Origin: a virus
Taxonomy: Duplodnaviria; Caudoviricetes
Length of the DNA: 36,921 nucleotides
Virus record (IMG/VR): IMGVR_UViG_3300020045_013551
Location: 1 to 36,921 of that record
Direction: 5' to 3' (one strand)
Shown: in pieces, positions 25,774 through 35,688 of the stretch
Position numbering within the stretch: the first letter of the stretch is position 1
How the letters are laid out: every line of letters begins with the position of its first letter
Notes under the pieces: generated by a model
Database searches by the model: none
What the model was told of the DNA's origin: nothing
Seen by the model: the letters and a program-made list of their open reading frames with translations, nothing else
Position numbers and translations under genes: made by a program

Positions 25774-27624
25774 ATGTCGAAAAAATTTCAGTACATACTT
25801 GATTTTGTTGCTCAAACCGAAAAATTTCAGAAAGAAGTTGGCGGGTTAAAGGGTACGCTTAAAAGCGTTGGCGTTGCTGCCGCCGCTTATTTTTCGGTTG
25901 ACGCAATTCTTGATTTTGGTAAGGCAGCCGTTTCGGCTTACAACGATTCGGCACAGGCCGAGGCTGCTTTGCTCACGGCTTTAAAAGGACGTTCTGACAT
26001 TCAGGGCAGGTTAATTGAACAGGCCGGACAGCTTCAGGGCAAAACTTTGTTTGAAGACGATGAGACCATCAGGGCACAGTCGTTAGTAGCCGCTTTTATC
26101 AAAGAAGAAAATGCAATCAGGTCAATTATTCCGGTCATTCAGGACTTTGCTGCTGCAAAGCAAATGGATTTGGCCGGTGCTGCCGATTTAGTAACGAAGA
26201 CCATCGCTGGTGAAATGAATGCGTTGGGTCGTTATGGTATTCAGGTGGAAGGAGCTGCCGGGAGTGCAGAGCGTTTGGCTTCGGTGCAAAAAGGACTGAA
26301 CGATGCGTTTGGCGGTCAGGCTGTAGCTGCTGCAAAGGCTGGGGTTGGCGCATTAACAATGTTAAAGAATTCGTACGGCGATTTGCTTGAGACTATTGGC
26401 GGTGGCGGATCGGAAACGATCAATGAGAATGCCAGGTTTATAACTGCCCTGGTCAACATGATCAATGGTAAGCTGAAGGACGGTTTGGCCGAACGGGAAA
26501 CCGACGAACAGGCAACGAACAAACGATTGAAAGAATCGAGCGTTGAGCAATTGCAGGGGGCAGTTAAAATGAAAATGGACGCTGCCGATCTTTACCTCAA
26601 ATACTATAAACAGGCTGTTGATGAAGAGAACAAGGCTGAGAGGGAAAAATGGTCGATTAAATACAGTGCGGCAAAGCAATCAATTGACCAAATTAACAAA
26701 GAAATTGAACTTCGAAAAGGTGCCGAAAAGGCGCAAAATTCTGAAACTGGAAGTGTTGCCGGTCTTGCCGAACAGCTTAAAGCGCTGAACGAAATTGCAG
26801 GGGCAACCAATGCCTCAGACACTAAGTCGCTTCAGGTCACTTACGCAAAAATTGCAGCCATTGAGCAGCAAGTTGCAAGCCTCGACAGGCTGAAAAAAGC
26901 AACTGCCCTAATGGTTGAAGATACTGCAAGCGGTTTCAGAAGTGAAGCATTTATGCAGATAACCCCGATTACTAACGCCCAGGTAAGTGGAAGCGACAAA
27001 GCATTTGACACCAAGGCTAAGTTGGACATAACAGACATGCAAAAAAATATGCCTGTTTATATTGCTGCGCAGGAAGAAATGAGGGCGCAAATGGATGCTA
27101 CTGCCGAAAAACAGCAAGCTATTCAGGGTGCATTCCAAACAGGGTTTGCAAATATTGGACAAAGCGTGGTTGACGGGCTCGGATTGGCTGAAAATGGTAT
27201 GGAGGGGTTTTTAGGCAAGCTTGCAGAAACGGCCATCCAACTTATATCCATGATGCTGGCTCAGTCACTGGCTAATGCCATATTTGGAGCAACTACATCA
27301 GGAGCTGCAACCGGCCCAGCGGCAATATTTACTACACCCGCATTTATTGCGACTGCCATCGCTGGCGTTGCGGGCGCATTTGCTGCAATCGCTTTTGCTG
27401 ACGGCGGTATTGTATCTGGTCCTACTCATGCGCTGGTTGGTGAATACCCAGGTGCACGTTCAAACCCTGAAGTGATAGCGCCGCTTAGTAAGCTTAAGGC
27501 GATGATTGGCGCCGGAAGTGGCGACCCTGTTATTTTACAGGCCTCGCTTGAGCTGGGTTACGACTCGTTAAGGGTACGGCTAAACAGGGTGACGAACAAT
27601 ACCAGGAAACGAAATGGAAAATAA
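25774..27624 (+). CDS. Tape measure protein
   Basis: 616 aa, Ala-rich helical; C-terminal FADGGIVSGPT.ALVGEY...NPEVIAPLSKL. Confidence 0.9.
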   Translation: MSKKFQYILDFVAQTEKFQKEVGGLKGTLKSVGVAAAAYFSVDAILDFGKAAVSAYNDSAQAEAALLTALKGRSDIQGRLIEQAGQLQGKTLFEDDETIRAQSLVAAFIKEENAIRSIIPVIQDFAAAKQMDLAGAADLVTKTIAGEMNALGRYGIQVEGAAGSAERLASVQKGLNDAFGGQAVAAAKAGVGALTMLKNSYGDLLETIGGGGSETINENARFITALVNMINGKLKDGLAERETDEQATNKRLKESSVEQLQGAVKMKMDAADLYLKYYKQAVDEENKAEREKWSIKYSAAKQSIDQINKEIELRKGAEKAQNSETGSVAGLAEQLKALNEIAGATNASDTKSLQVTYAKIAAIEQQVASLDRLKKATALMVEDTASGFRSEAFMQITPITNAQVSGSDKAFDTKAKLDITDMQKNMPVYIAAQEEMRAQMDATAEKQQAIQGAFQTGFANIGQSVVDGLGLAENGMEGFLGKLAETAIQLISMMLAQSLANAIFGATTSGAATGPAAIFTTPAFIATAIAGVAGAFAAIAFADGGIVSGPTHALVGEYPGARSNPEVIAPLSKLKAMIGAGSGDPVILQASLELGYDSLRVRLNRVTNNTRKRNGK

Positions 27625-27642
27625 ACTTAAAACCTTAAAGAT

Positions 27643-27915
27643 ATGGGAGCTCTTAATTCATTAAAAATTACAGAAAATGTAACTGAAGGCGTTCGGATTG
27701 ATGGTAAACGATGTGTTGTTCGAGTTACAACTACTGAAGCATCAACGATCACATTTTTACGATCTGTTGATGGTACTGATTTCTTCTTAATTCCAGATTT
27801 AACCTGGACAGTAGATAATACGACAGATGAAATAAATCTGATTGATATCGTACCGGGTCAATGGTTGAAAGTTAGTTCGACCGGAGCAATGACACTTTGC
27901 AAAATTTTGTTCTAA
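27643..27915 (+). CDS. Hypothetical tail-region protein
   Basis: 90 aa beta-rich ORF after TMP. Confidence 0.7.
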   Translation: MGALNSLKITENVTEGVRIDGKRCVVRVTTTEASTITFLRSVDGTDFFLIPDLTWTVDNTTDEINLIDIVPGQWLKVSSTGAMTLCKILF

Positions 27916-28079
27916 TGAAATCGGTTGCAAGAACAATCGGAAATTCGATTGGCAAAACAGTTCGACAAGGGTCAAATCCGAGTCCCTTGCCTGATATGTG
28001 GACACCTGATGAAGATACAGGTGGTTATCTGGTAGATGAAAATGGAGGCGTAATAGTATCGTCAGATTCAATTGAGTAA
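27915..28079 (+). CDS. Hypothetical 54-aa protein
   Basis: TAATG coupling; GGYLVDENGG motif. Confidence 0.6.
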   Translation: MKSVARTIGNSIGKTVRQGSNPSPLPDMWTPDEDTGGYLVDENGGVIVSSDSIE

Positions 28080-28103
28080 TTAACCTTAAAAAAAGACATA
28101 AAA

Positions 28104-29087
28104 ATGAAACGACTAATTTTAATTTTAATCGCAGTATTCATATCGGTTTCTGTATTTTCAGCCGATCCTCCAAAACCTGTAGCAATTGAAAATATTGGCC
28201 CTATTACCGTTGCTAAGTATAAGGCCAAATTAGGTTACGAAACAAAGACGGAAGCAGAAGCAAAGTATTTACAAATTACTAATGCCGATACTGCTGCTTA
28301 TTACACAGCACCAGAGGTTGATGCTTTTATTGGGTTGAAAAGGATACAATTTATTGCTAATGTGACAGCCAATGCCCCAATCACCGGAGACTCAATATTT
28401 TTTCTTTCTGACTTTCAGACAAAACACGTTAAGTTAATTCGTGCGGGAGCAGTTCAATATTTTAACACTACCGCAACTAATGGAAAATTAGGATTTAGAC
28501 AAAATTCAACAATTGGGTTTATTGTTGTTAGACCCGCTTTTGTAGCTTCTGAATTAGTACAGATCGAATTAAGTAATGAACCTAACTGGACTTATCCTAC
28601 GCTACCTGTACTTCAGAACCTAATGAAGTATTCCGAAGATTTAAGTGGCGCAGCGTGGAGTATTGTTTTAGGAACGTTGATCGTAGATCAAGAATATGAT
28701 TTAACTGGTCAATTAACACTTGATAAAGTGCAGTTTGATGATAATGCAGAACAGATAAGATATTTAGATGGAGGAACGCAGGTTAATGTAACCGCAGGGG
28801 ATACTTATAGACTTTCATTTGATGTCAACAAAGGTACTACCACGCAGTTAATACTTCAAATATTCAATGGATCAACTTATATCGAAACGTTTAATTACTG
28901 GCCTCAAATTGGTGCGACAGTAACCCGTATCAATTATAGTTTTACAATTCCTGTTGGTACTACAAACATTCGTCCGATATTGGCACGAAATAGTTTACAA
29001 TCTGGAAAGTATGCTTTTTTTGGCAGAGTACAGATGGATAAGATAGGATCTAACTACGTGAAAACAACAACAGCAACTAAGCCATAG
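28104..29087 (+). CDS. Signal-peptide protein with C-terminal carbohydrate-binding-like beta sandwich
   Basis: MKRLILILIAVFISVSVFSA; NLMKYSEDLSGAAW, VTAGDTYRLSFDV. Confidence 0.7.
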   Translation: MKRLILILIAVFISVSVFSADPPKPVAIENIGPITVAKYKAKLGYETKTEAEAKYLQITNADTAAYYTAPEVDAFIGLKRIQFIANVTANAPITGDSIFFLSDFQTKHVKLIRAGAVQYFNTTATNGKLGFRQNSTIGFIVVRPAFVASELVQIELSNEPNWTYPTLPVLQNLMKYSEDLSGAAWSIVLGTLIVDQEYDLTGQLTLDKVQFDDNAEQIRYLDGGTQVNVTAGDTYRLSFDVNKGTTTQLILQIFNGSTYIETFNYWPQIGATVTRINYSFTIPVGTTNIRPILARNSLQSGKYAFFGRVQMDKIGSNYVKTTTATKP

Positions 29088-29088
29088 T

Positions 29089-31083
29089 ATGAAGACAACA
29101 TTATTAATACTGTTGATGTTGATTGGATTAATGTCACAGGCTACTACTTATCAGATAGCTAATGAAGCTGCATTAGCTGCCTTTAATCAAAGCTCATTAG
29201 TGGCTGGAGATAATCTGCAATTACAGAAAGGACAAGTATTTACAACTCCTATCGTAATAAGTAATTCAGGAACTTCAGATAATCCAATTACTATCACTTC
29301 ATATGGCACAGGCGCAAATCCAATAGTAACAGGATTTGCTACCGTTAGCTCTTGGACTAATCTAGGTTCAAATATTTGGGAAAGCACCAATTCAGTCTCA
29401 ACCCTTTCAACCTGCAATATAGTTACTGTAAATGGTATCAATACAACAATGGGGCGATTCCCGAATGCCGATGCTGCAAATGGTGGATATTTAACTTTTC
29501 AATCTCATGTAGGACATACTTCTATTACTACAAGCGGATTAACTGGAACTCCGAATTGGACAGGTGCTGATGTTGTTGTCAGAACTTCACATTGGACTAT
29601 TAACAGAACGATCATAGCATCTCAATCGTCTGGAACATTAAATTATACAGCATTGGATGGATATGAACCAGCCAATGGTTTTGGTTTATTTATTCAAAAT
29701 GATATCAGAACGCTTGATCAGCAAAATGAATGGTATTACAACCCATCGACAAAGAAAATTAGTATTTACAGTACTTCTCAGCCTACAAATGTTAGGGTAT
29801 CATCTGTTGAAAATTTGATTACAGTAAACGGTAATTATGTTACTATTGATGGAATTGATCTTTTAGGTGCAAATTCAAATGCTATTTACAGTTTAACTGG
29901 TGGTAGAAGTAATTGTGCTATTCAAAATTGCAATATTTCATTAGTTGGAATAAGTGCAATAAAATTCAGGTGTAACTATTTAAACATTGAAAACAATACT
30001 ATTTCAAATTCAAATGATACTGGAATAACTACGCCAAATTCTACTTATGTAACTATCAGAAATAATGTAGTTCAAAACATTGGGTTGCTTATAGGTATGG
30101 GTGGCGATGGAAATGGAACAAGACATGGTATATCCTGTGTTTCATCGGACAATAGCACCATTGAATACAACAGGATCATTAATATAGGATATATCGGTAT
30201 TGAATTTTATGGAAATTCAATTTTAGTTAAGAATAATTTTATTGATTCTTATTGTAGCGTTCTTGATGATGGCAGTGGTATTTACACATATACAGGAACT
30301 CAAACACCTGCAAAAACTAATCAAATTATTATAGGAAATATTGTAATTAATGGAATTGGTGTAGCTTATGGTACAAGCACGACTGCACCCTCAGTCACAG
30401 GCATATATTTAGATGAAAATACGAATGATGTTGAAGTAACAGGGAATACTATTGCAAATAGTAATGAACTTGGAATATTTTTACATAACACACATTCATG
30501 TAGTATTACTGGAAACACGGTATATAATAGCAAGGTCGATCAGCTATTTTTCAAGGATAATGATAATACTGCAACGGGCAATACTATAACTGGAAATATG
30601 TTTGTTGCTGGGCTTTCTACTAACACTCGAAATTCATGGTATCGTGCATCTCAGGGAACTGTAATTAATTCAGGAGGCACAATAAATAATAACTACTACA
30701 TTAATCTATCAACAGTTACAAATCAGATTGCTATTTACACCCAAAATATCAGTTATGCTGATTATACTTTAGCATATTGGCAAGCTGATACAGGTTTTGA
30801 TCTTACTTCAAGCCTATCTCCTTTTTCAATTACTTCTGAATCTGATTTATATCTTGCTTATAACGAAACGAGTACGGCAAAAACAGTACCACTGCCTTGG
30901 AATGGGAAAGACATGACAGGAGCAGTAAAAGGAACGTCTGTTTACCTACAACCATACTCTAGTATGTTATTGTTTTATTCTGCTCCAACTAATCCAAATA
31001 ATTATAATAAAGCAAGAGTACTTCCAAATGGTAAGGTGATGATTAATTCCAGAAGTGGATATTTACCAATGGTAAAGGAATAG
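29089..31083 (+). CDS. Signal-peptide right-handed parallel beta-helix protein (pectin-lyase-like, possible depolymerase)
   Basis: MKTTLLILLMLIGLMSQA; SGTSDNPITITSYGTGANP; repeated I.NN.I/GN.I; DDGSGIYT, GIYLDE. Confidence 0.8.
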   Translation: MKTTLLILLMLIGLMSQATTYQIANEAALAAFNQSSLVAGDNLQLQKGQVFTTPIVISNSGTSDNPITITSYGTGANPIVTGFATVSSWTNLGSNIWESTNSVSTLSTCNIVTVNGINTTMGRFPNADAANGGYLTFQSHVGHTSITTSGLTGTPNWTGADVVVRTSHWTINRTIIASQSSGTLNYTALDGYEPANGFGLFIQNDIRTLDQQNEWYYNPSTKKISIYSTSQPTNVRVSSVENLITVNGNYVTIDGIDLLGANSNAIYSLTGGRSNCAIQNCNISLVGISAIKFRCNYLNIENNTISNSNDTGITTPNSTYVTIRNNVVQNIGLLIGMGGDGNGTRHGISCVSSDNSTIEYNRIINIGYIGIEFYGNSILVKNNFIDSYCSVLDDGSGIYTYTGTQTPAKTNQIIIGNIVINGIGVAYGTSTTAPSVTGIYLDENTNDVEVTGNTIANSNELGIFLHNTHSCSITGNTVYNSKVDQLFFKDNDNTATGNTITGNMFVAGLSTNTRNSWYRASQGTVINSGGTINNNYYINLSTVTNQIAIYTQNISYADYTLAYWQADTGFDLTSSLSPFSITSESDLYLAYNETSTAKTVPLPWNGKDMTGAVKGTSVYLQPYSSMLLFYSAPTNPNNYNKARVLPNGKVMINSRSGYLPMVKE

Positions 31084-31133
31084 ACTTTTGGACTATTTGA
31101 ACCCTTTTTAATTAGCACCAAAACATAATTTAA

Positions 31134-33545
31134 ATGGCTTACGGACTCCGCCTACGCATAGAATATAATGACATCAACGAGGTATTGACCCGCATCAATA
31201 TCTATCAGGATGGGTATGCAGGCAATGCCGATGTGCGAACGGCACATGCTGCTATTCGCGTGGAGTGGGGCGACCAGGGCGCGAATGGAATGCCGTTGGT
31301 TTATGGTTCTTCCTGCACTATATTCTTCGATTCTGAGGCCGATTATGAATATTTATACCTGTTCAGCGCCGATGCACGAAAGCACCTGGTATCGGTCGAA
31401 AAAGCCGGTTCGTTGTTTTGGTGCGGTTTTATTGAACCAGACTCTTGGACTGAGCCTTTAATAGCTACTCCTTACCCGGTGCAATGCACAGCTTACGACA
31501 TGCTTGGTTTTTTGCCCGATGTAGACTTTGTTGATGACAATGGCGATGCGTACGAAGGCAAGAAAACGATGTTCGAAATCCTTCAGATTTGCCTGCGTAA
31601 AACCGGAATGGACTTAACGATTAATTCGGCCATTGATTTGGAAGAGGAACTTCAGGACGCTGGCACAGACTTTTTGAAAGTTCATCAAAAAAATTGCAAT
31701 GCGTTTATTGGCTTAAGCTGCTATGAGGTAATCGAACAGCTTTTGCACGAATGCCGAATCATGCAGCGGTCGGGGCAATGGTGGATCATTTCAAATTCGA
31801 ACTGGTGCCGCGAAACTTTTCAGTATTTTACTACTACTGCCGCCGGAGCTACCAGCACCGGTACACTTAACCCCTTGGCTTCCGATTTTTGGCAAGAAGG
31901 CGAAGCATCGTTTGAAATGCTGCCAGCCTTGAAAGAACTGGTCATTGTTCAGGATTACGGCTATAATGCGAACCTTGCCAACAATGGCTCCTTTGCCGAT
32001 TATAACGAAGAATTAGCGCGTTTTGATGGCTGGATCAATAACGGAGTAACGCCGGAACAGAGGGCTTTAAACGATGATGGCGACAAGTATGTTTATATTC
32101 CTGGCAAACAGTACCCCGATGATTTTGGAGACCAGGGTTATGGATTAATCAACCAAAGTATAACCAAACGCTTTGCAGTTAGTGCAACCGATTCGGTATT
32201 TAGTTTAGCCTTGAAATATGCCGAAATGGGATCAGCCTATTCGAGCCTCATGTTTATTTCAATCCGTCTTGTTGGTGCTGCCGACAATTGGTACATCAGG
32301 CGAAAACCTTATTTTGTTGGTCCAGATCCTGAATTTGAGTGGCACCTTGCTCCGGCGGTTATCTGGCGGGGCGACGATTATATCTGTCTGAAATCGCATT
32401 CATTAGAGACGCGAAGTAATCTTGCAGTTGTTGATGGAAATACGGTAGTTGTTACCGGCATGTATTACAACACTTTCGACAACGTAACGGCTTATCCGGC
32501 TGACAAAATTGCTGATCATTTTGAAAGTTTTAAAGCGCAGGTTCCCGGCATTCCTGAATCTGGCACATTAGAACTTTATTTATACGTGCCTTATACTGAC
32601 CGGCCTCAGATTGCAGGATCTTGCTTCACCGGGATTAAGATTGAATTACTCGACGAAAATGCAGAGAAGTACCCTGCAACCAAATCGTTCAGGGTAATAA
32701 ATTCACCTCGCAATAACTATGTTCCTGATGATGTAACGATACTTCACGGCGATTATCCGGACATCATAAATAGCGATATTATTTACTCGGCTGGTATTTC
32801 GAGGTTGGATGATTCGCATACGACAGGCTGGCGGTTAACTGGAGATTTGGTTTATTATACACTTGCCGAACTGATTGCGCGAATGGCCGCATCGGCACAG
32901 CGCGTGCCGCGACAAAACTACCAGATCAGACTTGCCGATATGATCCCGCGTATGAATATGGTTATTGAAGATGTAAATAATCCAGGCAAGCGGTTGGTTG
33001 AAAATGGGATTACTTATACGGACGACTATCAGGCCATAGATGGCCGATATACCGAAATTCTTGACGTTGATTTCACTGACCAGACTCTTGAAACTGCTGT
33101 GGTATTCGACGAAAAAAACCGAACGAAAACCACAAATACAACTGCGGCACCTGTGAATGTGGAAGAGCGGGTAACGTTAATGGATTTGAAGAGTGCAAAG
33201 GTTTCGGCCCCCGGCTATTTGAGTAGTGAGTATTTTGAAGGGATTACTGATGAAGAGTCAGGATATACGCGTATTAAGCCGATTTATTACCGCTCAGGAA
33301 TCATAACTGATATTGCAGACAGAGCCGTTGAAGTCGTGTTTAATACACCATTTTCGGACGTTCCGGCAGGCCGTAAGAATTTACTTGTCTATCGGTCTGT
33401 TGAACCAGAGGCTGGCCTGATCATCGATCAGAATGTACTCTTTAATAGCCTAAATGTTGCGGCTGATAAGTTCACTTTAATCATCGATCCGTCGGAGGAT
33501 CTGGCTGGAGTAATAATCGAATATTTATTCATTAAACCCAATTAA
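31134..33545 (+). CDS. Tail tip/hub structural protein
   Basis: 803 aa; IYQDGYAG, FWCGFIEPD, CYEVIEQLL...Q.SGQWWI pattern seen in Bacteroidota siphovirus tail proteins. Confidence 0.65.
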   Translation: MAYGLRLRIEYNDINEVLTRINIYQDGYAGNADVRTAHAAIRVEWGDQGANGMPLVYGSSCTIFFDSEADYEYLYLFSADARKHLVSVEKAGSLFWCGFIEPDSWTEPLIATPYPVQCTAYDMLGFLPDVDFVDDNGDAYEGKKTMFEILQICLRKTGMDLTINSAIDLEEELQDAGTDFLKVHQKNCNAFIGLSCYEVIEQLLHECRIMQRSGQWWIISNSNWCRETFQYFTTTAAGATSTGTLNPLASDFWQEGEASFEMLPALKELVIVQDYGYNANLANNGSFADYNEELARFDGWINNGVTPEQRALNDDGDKYVYIPGKQYPDDFGDQGYGLINQSITKRFAVSATDSVFSLALKYAEMGSAYSSLMFISIRLVGAADNWYIRRKPYFVGPDPEFEWHLAPAVIWRGDDYICLKSHSLETRSNLAVVDGNTVVVTGMYYNTFDNVTAYPADKIADHFESFKAQVPGIPESGTLELYLYVPYTDRPQIAGSCFTGIKIELLDENAEKYPATKSFRVINSPRNNYVPDDVTILHGDYPDIINSDIIYSAGISRLDDSHTTGWRLTGDLVYYTLAELIARMAASAQRVPRQNYQIRLADMIPRMNMVIEDVNNPGKRLVENGITYTDDYQAIDGRYTEILDVDFTDQTLETAVVFDEKNRTKTTNTTAAPVNVEERVTLMDLKSAKVSAPGYLSSEYFEGITDEESGYTRIKPIYYRSGIITDIADRAVEVVFNTPFSDVPAGRKNLLVYRSVEPEAGLIIDQNVLFNSLNVAADKFTLIIDPSEDLAGVIIEYLFIKPN

Positions 33546-33546
33546 T

Positions 33547-35532
33547 ATGAAAAAACTATTAGTGATATTGATGCTCGTTTTGGCTGTTATAGCCGTTAAG
33601 GCTCAGACAGGCTGGTTGAATTATGGCGGTGCAAAAAACTACGCCATCTGGACGACCAAGTGGCTTCAGGCCGACAATATATTTTATTGGCAGGGAGATA
33701 CTATTAAAAAGGGTAAGCTTGCTTATACCGAATTGGTTGGAGATTCGGTCAGGTTTAAGTTTATAGGCAGTTCAGGGTTAATTTCAAAATGGTTCTACCC
33801 TGGAAAGGCGGGAGCCGCTGGCTATATATTACCTACTGCATCAGCTACCACACTCGGGGGTATTAAAATCGGTTCAGGTATTTCAATGGCTTCAGGGGTT
33901 GCAAGCGTAAGTACCAATTATCAGGCACCTATTGCAGCCGGAACAACCTCACAATATTGGCGAGGCGACAAAACATGGCAGGCATTCCCGACTATTCCAA
34001 CAACAACCAGCCAGCTAACCAATAATTCGGGATTTATTACAGGATATACTGAGACTGATCCAATTTTTGCGGCCTGGAATAAATCGACAGGAATTTCAAT
34101 TACCAAAAGTCAGGTCAGTGATTTTGGAAGCTATGAAGTACCATTGACGTTTTCAACGGGACTGACCAGAACTGGTAATACAATCACCAATAATATAACC
34201 CAGTACACCGACGCAATGGCTGATGCCAGGGTTGTTGCAGGCATTACCGGAAAGCAAAACACTTTGGTATCATCCACGAACATTAAGACTATTAATGGGT
34301 CATCTATTTTGGGATCGGGTGATATTACCATAGCAGGAAGCGGCGATCACATGGTTGCATTTTATGGTAATACAAGTTTAGTCGGATATTTAGATGATAA
34401 TTATTACGACATCATTGGAGGTAAGATAACACCCAAAACGTTGAATTTGCCAACATCAGGGTCTATAGTACCATTCACGGCAGGTGGAGCATATACACAG
34501 CTTGCACTGAAGCAAAACACAATAACTACCGGAACTACCTCGCAGTATTTTAGGGGTGATTTGAGTTTGGCTACTTTCCCAACAATTCCGACGACTACGA
34601 GCCAGCTAACCAATAATTCGGGATTCATTACAGGATACTCTGAAACCGACCCAAATATTTATGCATGGGCAAAGGCATCTTCGAAACCTAGCTATGCTTA
34701 TTCTGAGATTACGGGTAAACCAACCATTCCAACATACACCAGTCAACTTACCAATAACTCGGGTTTTATTACAGGTTTTACCGAGACTGATCCCAATATT
34801 TATGCCTGGGCAAAATCAAGTTCAAAACCGTCATATTCGTATTCTGAAATAACAGGAACAGCACCAGGTGCTGATGGAAATTACTACCCTACATCATTAA
34901 GCTATTCTAGCGGGACATTAACGCTGGGCAGAAGTGGATTGTCAAGCCTGACGGCATCGTTACCTACCTCATTACCGGCTTCAGATGTTTATAGTTGGGC
35001 GAAATCTTCTGTAAAGCCAACATATACAGCATCAGAAGTTGGAGCTGCGTCTTCTGCTAATGAAGGTAAGGTGGCTTTTAATGGAAACCACTCACTTCTT
35101 GGCTATTTAGATGACGCGAAATTTGACATTGTAGGTGCTGTTATTTCACCAAAAACAACATCAACTGCGACATCAGGATCAACGCTTCCGATTACTTCAG
35201 GCGGGGTTTATTCAGCATTAGCGGGTGTGCAAAATATCACTATGTCACAAGCAACAAATGGTTGGGTTAAAATTGGTGCGTTAATCATCCAGTGGGGGAA
35301 GTACTACGTAGGCGACCCTGGAACTAATACATTATATACAATTACTTATCCTATAAGTTTTCCAACATTTGCCGCAAACATACAACATACATTAGAGGAC
35401 TCGGGCACTGGAGCTGGTGCTATGCTGCACGAAACATATTCCTACAATAGTAGTTCATGCTCAATAAGAGTGCATGAGGCTAGCGGTGGAACGCAAAATG
35501 TTACAATCAACTGGGTAGCGTTTGGGTGGTAA
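33547..35532 (+). CDS. Tail-fibre-like protein with N-terminal signal peptide
   Basis: LPTASATTLGGIKIG, three SQLTNNSGFITG repeats, NIKTING.SILGSGDI, C-terminal NGWVKIGALIIQWG...WVAFGW. Confidence 0.8.
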   Translation: MKKLLVILMLVLAVIAVKAQTGWLNYGGAKNYAIWTTKWLQADNIFYWQGDTIKKGKLAYTELVGDSVRFKFIGSSGLISKWFYPGKAGAAGYILPTASATTLGGIKIGSGISMASGVASVSTNYQAPIAAGTTSQYWRGDKTWQAFPTIPTTTSQLTNNSGFITGYTETDPIFAAWNKSTGISITKSQVSDFGSYEVPLTFSTGLTRTGNTITNNITQYTDAMADARVVAGITGKQNTLVSSTNIKTINGSSILGSGDITIAGSGDHMVAFYGNTSLVGYLDDNYYDIIGGKITPKTLNLPTSGSIVPFTAGGAYTQLALKQNTITTGTTSQYFRGDLSLATFPTIPTTTSQLTNNSGFITGYSETDPNIYAWAKASSKPSYAYSEITGKPTIPTYTSQLTNNSGFITGFTETDPNIYAWAKSSSKPSYSYSEITGTAPGADGNYYPTSLSYSSGTLTLGRSGLSSLTASLPTSLPASDVYSWAKSSVKPTYTASEVGAASSANEGKVAFNGNHSLLGYLDDAKFDIVGAVISPKTTSTATSGSTLPITSGGVYSALAGVQNITMSQATNGWVKIGALIIQWGKYYVGDPGTNTLYTITYPISFPTFAANIQHTLEDSGTGAGAMLHETYSYNSSSCSIRVHEASGGTQNVTINWVAFGW

Positions 35533-35539
35533 GTAAAGA

Positions 35540-35660
35540 GCCTCCGGCTCTATCGACCGCAGTTTCTCAGGCCATCGGTCAAAAGTAAAGGTGCAGTAAC
35601 ACCACGCCAGAGGCAAATGCCTTTGCGGTGTTACTGCACCTTTTTATTTTGACCTGAGAG
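35540..35660 (+). promoter_or_regulatory. Structured leader/terminator upstream of the methyltransferase
   Basis: 17-bp perfect stem 35587-35603/35627-35643 plus T tract and several alternative pairings. Confidence 0.7.
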
Positions 35661-35688
35661 ACAACAAAGATAGATTAAAACTGAATAT

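Noticed and set aside
14336-27475. Many opposite-strand or alternate-frame ORFs in the late region (e.g. 14454-14816, 16265-16645, 20613-20984, 21246-21692, 26362-26679)
   Set aside because: Shadows of well-supported structural genes with no motifs of their own
27643-35532. Third DGR target or Mu G-type invertible tail-fibre cassette
   Set aside because: No TR-like sequence, invertase gene or flanking inverted repeats seen by eye
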